Part shown: piece after piece, positions 29,926 to 33,504 of the stretch
Layout: each line of letters starts with the position of its first letter
Numbering within the stretch: position 1 is the stretch's first letter
IMG/VR virus record: IMGVR_UViG_3300017909_003989
Location: 1 to 33,504 of that record
Length of the DNA stretch: 33,504 nucleotides
Direction: 5' to 3' (one strand)
Origin: a virus
Lineage: Duplodnaviria; Caudoviricetes
Position numbers and translations under genes: made by a program
The notes under the pieces: model-generated
What the model was told of the DNA's origin: nothing
Seen by the model: the letters and a program-made list of their open reading frames with translations, nothing else
The model's database searches: none

Positions 29926-30066
29926 TTAACCTCGTCCTTGTCCACGATAACGCTTTTTAGCTTTATTACGAGAAGTCGCGGCATACTTGGTATGTTTGCC
30001 CATTCCTTGGCGAGTGTTTTTCGGAGTTGGAACAATCAGATCTCCGGTCTTTGAACGCATTGCCAT
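29926..30066 (-). CDS. Small basic protein (46 aa) ending KKRYRGQGRG
   Basis: Hand translation MAMRSKTGDLIVPTPKNTRQGMGKHTKYAATSRNKAKKRYRGQGRG; GAGGT Shine-Dalgarno upstream. Confidence 0.8.
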   Translation of the reverse strand: MAMRSKTGDLIVPTPKNTRQGMGKHTKYAATSRNKAKKRYRGQGRG

Positions 30067-30077
30067 AAGTCTTTACC

Positions 30078-30854
30078 TCAAATTACACGAGTCTTTTCAT
30101 GACCGACACGAATGCGTGGGTCACACCAGATCTCATAACCTGCTTCTTTTGCATCGAGACAGAATGAGACATCCTCGCCACACATGTCTTGAACTTCACC
30201 ACTTTCAAATACCTGCATCTTAGGCGCAAACCATGGATAAGGCATTTTTTCATTCTCAAATACGCCATTCTTAATCATGACCCATCCAAAACCTGTGTAA
30301 TCTACAGTGAATGGTTTCTGACGATTTGCCATGGTCTCCAGTGTTTCATGATTCATGACACCACCATTGCCACGGAAGTCCTCTTCATCTAACCAGTGTG
30401 CAACAGAAGATGTTTGACCATCCTCTGTACAATACCAACCAGCAGTGATATCACGCTCTTCACCTTCAGCAGGAACTGCAAGATCACAAAGTTGCCAGAA
30501 CTTCTGAGAGTTAAAGACAATATCACTGTCAATCCACAGTTGATAGTCATACTTCAGTTTGCCGTCCCAAGGTACCTGGTTAGGTCCACGAAGAACATTC
30601 GCACCAAGACACTTACAACGTGCGAAGTTTACCATAGATGAATAGTCTTGACTGATCTGAATGGCCATACCATTCTGTACCATATCAAAACACATTTGTA
30701 CAAAGTTTTTTAGAAAGGTGTATGAACATCCTCTTCCAGGAAGACAGAATACAATTGTCTTTCCTTTCATACGCTCCTTGATTGCATCATAATTCCACTC
30801 TTCCTCTTTGGGTGCAGTGGGCGCGTTTGCTTTAACAGTAAATCCTTTAGCCAT
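30078..30854 (-). CDS. Putative GT-A fold (family 2-like) glycosyltransferase
   Basis: FARC (N-terminal Arg motif), LWIDSDI (DxD), TGFGWVMI, GEDVSFC and VGHEK motifs in GT-A order. Confidence 0.7.
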   Translation of the reverse strand: MAKGFTVKANAPTAPKEEEWNYDAIKERMKGKTIVFCLPGRGCSYTFLKNFVQMCFDMVQNGMAIQISQDYSSMVNFARCKCLGANVLRGPNQVPWDGKLKYDYQLWIDSDIVFNSQKFWQLCDLAVPAEGEERDITAGWYCTEDGQTSSVAHWLDEEDFRGNGGVMNHETLETMANRQKPFTVDYTGFGWVMIKNGVFENEKMPYPWFAPKMQVFESGEVQDMCGEDVSFCLDAKEAGYEIWCDPRIRVGHEKTRVI

Positions 30855-30877
30855 AAGTTTGAATTGACTTCATATCA

Positions 30878-30906
30878 AGTATAACAGTTTATATATGTCT
30901 TGTCAA
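30878..30906 (-). promoter_or_regulatory. Sigma70-type promoter
   Basis: TTGACA-17 nt-TATACT, 23 nt upstream of the glycosyltransferase ATG. Confidence 0.8.
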
Positions 30907-31103
30907 TTCAAAACTGTTATTTCCTCATATGACAAATCCTCAATCACATAATCGGTTTTCATTATACCGACCATACCATTGAGGGTTATCCATGTCTTCT
31001 TAAATTGTCCTTCTGTTAGATTCTTGTATAAACATTCATTCTTTGCATATATGTGATAAACCTTTTGGGGCGCAAATTTTTCTGGCAAAATTTTTTTCTC
31101 CAA
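30903..31103 (-). CDS. Hypothetical protein (66 aa, TTG start; start uncertain)
   Basis: KVYHIYAKNECLYKNL...LNGMVGIMKTDY..EDLSYEE; lies between two promoters on the coding strand. Confidence 0.7.
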   Translation of the reverse strand: MEKKILPEKFAPQKVYHIYAKNECLYKNLTEGQFKKTWITLNGMVGIMKTDYVIEDLSYEEITVLN

Positions 31104-31236
31104 GTGAAATCAAAAGTTGAATTATATATACCTCTCGAATTCGGTCCGTTGTAGGTTAGGGTAGTTAGGGTTTTTTATATACGCAACGCCCGCCATCAAC
31201 CAACGCCCACAATCGCGAACAACTGCCGATACTGTA

Positions 31237-31265
31237 AGTCTACCACATTTGCCGATCGATGTCAA
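31237..31265 (-). promoter_or_regulatory. Sigma70-type promoter
   Basis: TTGACA-17 nt-TAGACT within the non-coding GCCGAT-rich segment. Confidence 0.65.
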
Positions 31266-31357
31266 CAATGCGCCGATGATTGCCGATGCTTCAGAGATAA
31301 CTACCGACACCCGCTAAGTGATAACGAATGCCGATAGCTGCCGATGATCCGATGTTA

Positions 31358-31495
31358 TCAATTAAACAACAGATCTGCGATGTCGTTGATAGTTTGCTCA
31401 CTCTCAATATCAGCGACGATAACATCAAGAATGGCAAGAATCTCATTGCCGTTGTTACCGACCTTGAGCATACCGAGTGCAGTTGAACGAGTCAT
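31358..31495 (-). CDS. Small hypothetical protein (45 aa)
   Basis: Hand translation MTRSTALGMLKVGNNGNEILAILDVIVADIESEQTINDIADLLFN. Confidence 0.65.
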   Translation of the reverse strand: MTRSTALGMLKVGNNGNEILAILDVIVADIESEQTINDIADLLFN

Positions 31496-31534
31496 AATAA
31501 AAAAAGAAAAGTGTTAGTGAGTGCCGATACTTTA

Positions 31535-31849
31535 TCAGTTCATACGCATACCAGAGAAGAAAGGAATTGGCGATCCGTTGTAGTTCACGAACCACTGATA
31601 GTTGCGATGGAAGACATACTCACCTGGCAATCCATTCGCCGATAGAATGGCATTCAAGCGAGACTTTGTGGTCTTTGATTGATAACCCCCGTCGAATAAT
31701 TGTATCCAACCTTCGCCGATCTTTGAGATAAGATTGCCGAACAAATAGACATGGGCGACATCATCAACTGTTCGAACTGTAGTGTTATCGAGTGACCAAG
31801 AATCGCCGCTCTCGATTGCTTTGTTCATCAGAGTTTCGATCTTACGCAT
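31535..31849 (-). CDS. Hypothetical early-type protein (104 aa)
   Basis: MRKIE..M..AI, VYLFGNLI, DGGYQSKTTKSRLNAIL, VFHRNYQWFV; starts 12 nt downstream of 42-bp repeat copy 1. Confidence 0.85.
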   Translation of the reverse strand: MRKIETLMNKAIESGDSWSLDNTTVRTVDDVAHVYLFGNLISKIGEGWIQLFDGGYQSKTTKSRLNAILSANGLPGEYVFHRNYQWFVNYNGSPIPFFSGMRMN

Positions 31850-31861
31850 GTGTGTTGTCGA

Positions 31862-31903
31862 TGCTTACACTACTGGTACGATCAGAAGGTGAGTAACTTT
31901 GAA
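31862..31903 (-). repeat. 42-bp intergenic repeat, copy 1 (probable promoter element)
   Basis: 38/42 identical to 33317-33358; minus strand TTCAAAGTTACTCACCTTCTGATCGTACCAGTAGTGTAAGCA. Confidence 0.85.
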
Positions 31904-31913
31904 GACCTGCGAA

Positions 31914-32087
31914 TTACCAACGGTCAGGTGTACTCAGGTCCTCTACATAAGCATCACAACGTTCCGAACCTTCCAACTTAAATAACTTCTCCCATTTGAT
32001 ATTATGGGGGTCGAAGTCATTCAGTGCTTCAATTTCCAAGGTGATGCGATACTTACTCTTCTGTGCTTGATGATAGATAGCAGGCAT
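31914..32087 (-). CDS. Small hypothetical protein (57 aa)
   Basis: Hand translation MPAIYHQAQKSKYRITLEIEALNDFDPHNIKWEKLFKLEGSERCDAYVEDLSTPDRW; directly downstream of a perfect sigma70 promoter. Confidence 0.75.
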   Translation of the reverse strand: MPAIYHQAQKSKYRITLEIEALNDFDPHNIKWEKLFKLEGSERCDAYVEDLSTPDRW

Positions 32088-32115
32088 GATTGGAAGGTGC
32101 GAGTGTTACTTTGTT

Positions 32116-32144
32116 ATTATAGATCGTCAGAGCGAAACTGTCAA
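32116..32144 (-). promoter_or_regulatory. Perfect-consensus sigma70 promoter
   Basis: TTGACA-gtttcgctctgacgatc (17 nt)-TATAAT, 28 nt upstream of the ATG at 32087. Confidence 0.88.
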
Positions 32145-32218
32145 TCTACCGCAGACTATTTATCAGAAGTCCTTATGAATTTGCGAGGTTCTGTGTGGGA
32201 TTTCTGATCGCGGCGGAC

Positions 32219-32247
32219 TTGACATTTCTGCGCGGTGATGATAGAAT
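32219..32247 (+). promoter_or_regulatory. Divergent plus-strand sigma70 promoter with no downstream gene
   Basis: TTGACA-tttctgcgcggtgatga (17 nt)-TAGAAT. Confidence 0.7.
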
Positions 32248-32264
32248 GAGGTCCAAGATCGCTA

Positions 32265-32352
32265 TAAGTTCTCACATTTATTCACACCTTTATTCAGAGT
32301 AAGTTCTCACATTTATTCATAGGTAATCAGAGGCATAAGTCACAAATAATCA
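32265..32352 (+). repeat. Direct repeats TAAGTTCTCACATTTATTCA (two exact, one degenerate; period about 35 nt)
   Basis: Exact 20-mers at 32265-32284 and 32300-32319; degenerate TAAGTCACAAATAATCA at 32336-32352. Confidence 0.85.
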
Positions 32353-32371
32353 ATGAATATACTCCGCAGAT

Positions 32372-32406
32372 ACTGTCAAGTAACCACGGAGTAACTGTCA
32401 AGTAAC
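32372..32406 (+). repeat. Direct repeat ACTGTCAAGTAAC x2 (period 22 nt)
   Basis: Exact 13-mers at 32372-32384 and 32394-32406. Confidence 0.8.
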
Positions 32407-32488
32407 ACGAGAGATAAAAAACGAAAGTATATTTATTAAACCATTTTTAATTGATTTTGAATCATTTTTGTGAGTGATTATACTTAAA

Positions 32489-32722
32489 TTAGTTGTTATT
32501 TTCGGATAGAAGATCGTTCAGAGTTTCTTCACCATAATGATCAACAATTTCTTCTTTGAGTTCTTCCTCGGTCCATGTTTCCATGTTCTGAGCAATAGTC
32601 TCAACAGCGAAAATGATGAGAGTATTCATATCCATACCATCTACAATATGGTAGGCATAGTTGTCTTTAAGAGCGTCAAGTTGATCGTTGTTCATGTTAG
32701 CGAAGAAAGTGGAAGTTGTCAT
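32489..32722 (-). CDS. Acidic hypothetical protein (77 aa)
   Basis: ORF with Y...IVDGMDM..L and acidic helical C-terminus; closely packed behind the 137-aa ORF. Confidence 0.8.
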   Translation of the reverse strand: MTTSTFFANMNNDQLDALKDNYAYHIVDGMDMNTLIIFAVETIAQNMETWTEEELKEEIVDHYGEETLNDLLSENNN

Positions 32723-32731
32723 GATTGAATG

Positions 32732-33145
32732 TTAGTTTGCGAGAGTTGCTGATTGATACTGACCGGAAGAATAAGCATAAACATTATGTGCTATCCAACC
32801 GTGATCTGACGTGTAGATGTAAACATACTCTGCACCACAGTTATCACATTGCTCAAACAATTCGTCTGTAGTGGTTGCTAACTTAGGAGGACAATCTTCA
32901 CCCCGTTGAGAATAATACTCAGGAGCATATTGTCCTTCTGGCAGTTGCTCACCCCAGATGGAATTAGTCCAGCAAGATGACATATCTCCACCATCAATCA
33001 GATCGGATGCTAACTTACGAGAGTTGTATTGCTCTCCTAAAGTTTTACCCAACCACTGCGGATAACCATCCCAATGATGATAAGCAGAGACATAATAACC
33101 GGGTCTGTCTGACAGTTGAATTGCGATTCTTGCGTTAGTAGACAT
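32732..33145 (-). CDS. Hypothetical phage protein with YHHWDGYP motif (137 aa)
   Basis: MSTNARIAI...YHHWDGYPQWLG..L...LIDGGDMS...EYVYIY; motif pattern recalled from phage accessory genes, function unknown. Confidence 0.85.
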   Translation of the reverse strand: MSTNARIAIQLSDRPGYYVSAYHHWDGYPQWLGKTLGEQYNSRKLASDLIDGGDMSSCWTNSIWGEQLPEGQYAPEYYSQRGEDCPPKLATTTDELFEQCDNCGAEYVYIYTSDHGWIAHNVYAYSSGQYQSATLAN

Positions 33146-33147
33146 AA

Positions 33148-33309
33148 TCAGTTGTAGGGAAAGAAAGAAGAAGTGGTGGATTCTGTTGTGTAAGGAACTT
33201 CAAACTCTCCACCGAACATTTGATAGTAGAAGTCACTGAAGATGGCAAAATCGTCAGGTGTTTCGTTGTTCCAAACTTTGAGAACTTCGGAGTAGATTTG
33301 GTCTGTCAT
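33148..33309 (-). CDS. Small acidic/aromatic hypothetical protein (53 aa)
   Basis: Hand translation MTDQIYSEVLKVWNNETPDDFAIFSDFYYQMFGGEFEVPYTTESTTSSFFPYN; starts 7 nt after repeat copy 2 and stops 2 nt before the next ATG. Confidence 0.7.
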   Translation of the reverse strand: MTDQIYSEVLKVWNNETPDDFAIFSDFYYQMFGGEFEVPYTTESTTSSFFPYN

Positions 33310-33316
33310 GATTGAT

Positions 33317-33358
33317 TGCTTACACTACTGGTACAATCAAGAGGTGAGTAACTTTCAA
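33317..33358 (-). repeat. 42-bp intergenic repeat, copy 2 (probable promoter element)
   Basis: Minus strand TTGAAAGTTACTCACCTCTTGATTGTACCAGTAGTGTAAGCA; 38/42 identical to copy 1. Confidence 0.85.
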
Positions 33359-33504
33359 CGAGAGAAGATTTCGTCGATTGTTTCACCGATTGAACGAGAT
33401 TCAGGTTCGGGTGATACAAACTCAGCAGCACGATAGAGTGCTTTGGAAGTGAATGAACGTGCATCATTGTTGGTCCAAACTAACACGCCGACCAACACAA
33501 TTAA
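33355..33504 (-). CDS. 3' part of a small hypothetical protein with a hydrophobic, possibly membrane-spanning segment (start beyond window)
   Basis: Open frame ...LIVLVGVLVWTNNDARSFTSKALYRAAEFVSPEPESRSIGETIDEIFSR*; its TGA lies in the first bases of repeat copy 2. Confidence 0.6.
   Translation of the reverse strand, partial: LIVLVGVLVWTNNDARSFTSKALYRAAEFVSPEPESRSIGETIDEIFSR

Larger units (their letters stand above)
31225..31720 (+). repeat. Cluster of nine same-orientation GCCGAT hexamers
   Basis: Exact copies start at 31225, 31251, 31272, 31282, 31330, 31340, 31523, 31638 and 31715; near-copies at 31303, 31348 and 31736. Confidence 0.85.

Noticed and set aside
29923-29929. TTAAATA upstream of the 218-aa ORF as a late promoter
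   Set aside because: One mismatch to ATAAATA in AT-rich DNA; plausible but too weak to list as a feature
2659-30641. Numerous 60-113 aa ORFs nested in or antisense to gp14, the VrlC-like gene, gp7, gp6, the 218-aa gene, the 46-aa gene and the glycosyltransferase
   Set aside because: They overlap better-supported genes, show no independent promoter/RBS or motif, and are expected shadows of codon bias
31151-31170. Telomere-like TTAGGG repeats or G-quadruplex
   Set aside because: Only two TTAGGG copies and two GGG tracts, too few for either; kept only as part of the boundary element
31122-31310. 62-aa minus-strand ORF
   Set aside because: GTG start, runs through a sigma70 promoter and the GCCGAT/GTTAGGG elements, atypical composition; more likely non-coding, though not excluded
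32265-32406. Mini CRISPR array
   Set aside because: Repeats of 20 and 13 nt with 15- and 9-nt gaps are too short, the gaps share repeat sub-motifs, and no cas gene is present
32372-32406. Two extra minus-strand TTGACA hexamers as promoters
   Set aside because: No acceptable -10 hexamer 16-18 nt downstream of either; treated as repeats
32004-32728. Plus-strand ORFs 32004-32207 and 32537-32728 as products of the plus-strand promoter
   Set aside because: The first lies upstream of that promoter and antisense to the 57-aa gene; the second is antisense to the 77-aa gene
30900-33504. tRNA or known ncRNA genes in intergenic gaps
   Set aside because: No cloverleaf with D- and T-arm consensus recognised by eye; tRNAscan-SE and Infernal/Rfam would be needed to exclude them formally

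Overview
Segment of a large T4-like cyanomyovirus genome (Kyanoviridae-like; family inferred from gene content and order). Every credible gene is on the minus strand. In transcription direction (right to left) it holds: (1) a cluster of small hypothetical early-type genes and non-coding regulatory DNA (33504-30900); (2) a GT-A-like glycosyltransferase and small conserved hypotheticals; (3) the baseplate/neck/tail-completion module: gp25, gp6, a giant 3949-aa gp7, gp8, a 2506-aa VrlC-like structural protein, three small ORFs, gp13, gp14, gp15 and gp16; (4) a modular Cys/Lys-rich ORF that runs off the left edge. T4-type late promoter boxes (ATAAATA) precede several structural genes, and near-consensus sigma70 promoters lie in the right-hand region. 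I translated by hand eight ORFs absent from the supplied track. Most notable: a tandem pair of related small helical proteins that may be NblA-like; an origin-like non-coding element (orphan plus-strand promoter, phased DnaA-box-like repeats, AT-rich tract); a strand-polar GCCGAT cluster; a 42-bp repeat heading early gene cassettes; and a possible protease-processed polyprotein after gp16. Product calls come from motif recognition and synteny; no database searches were run.
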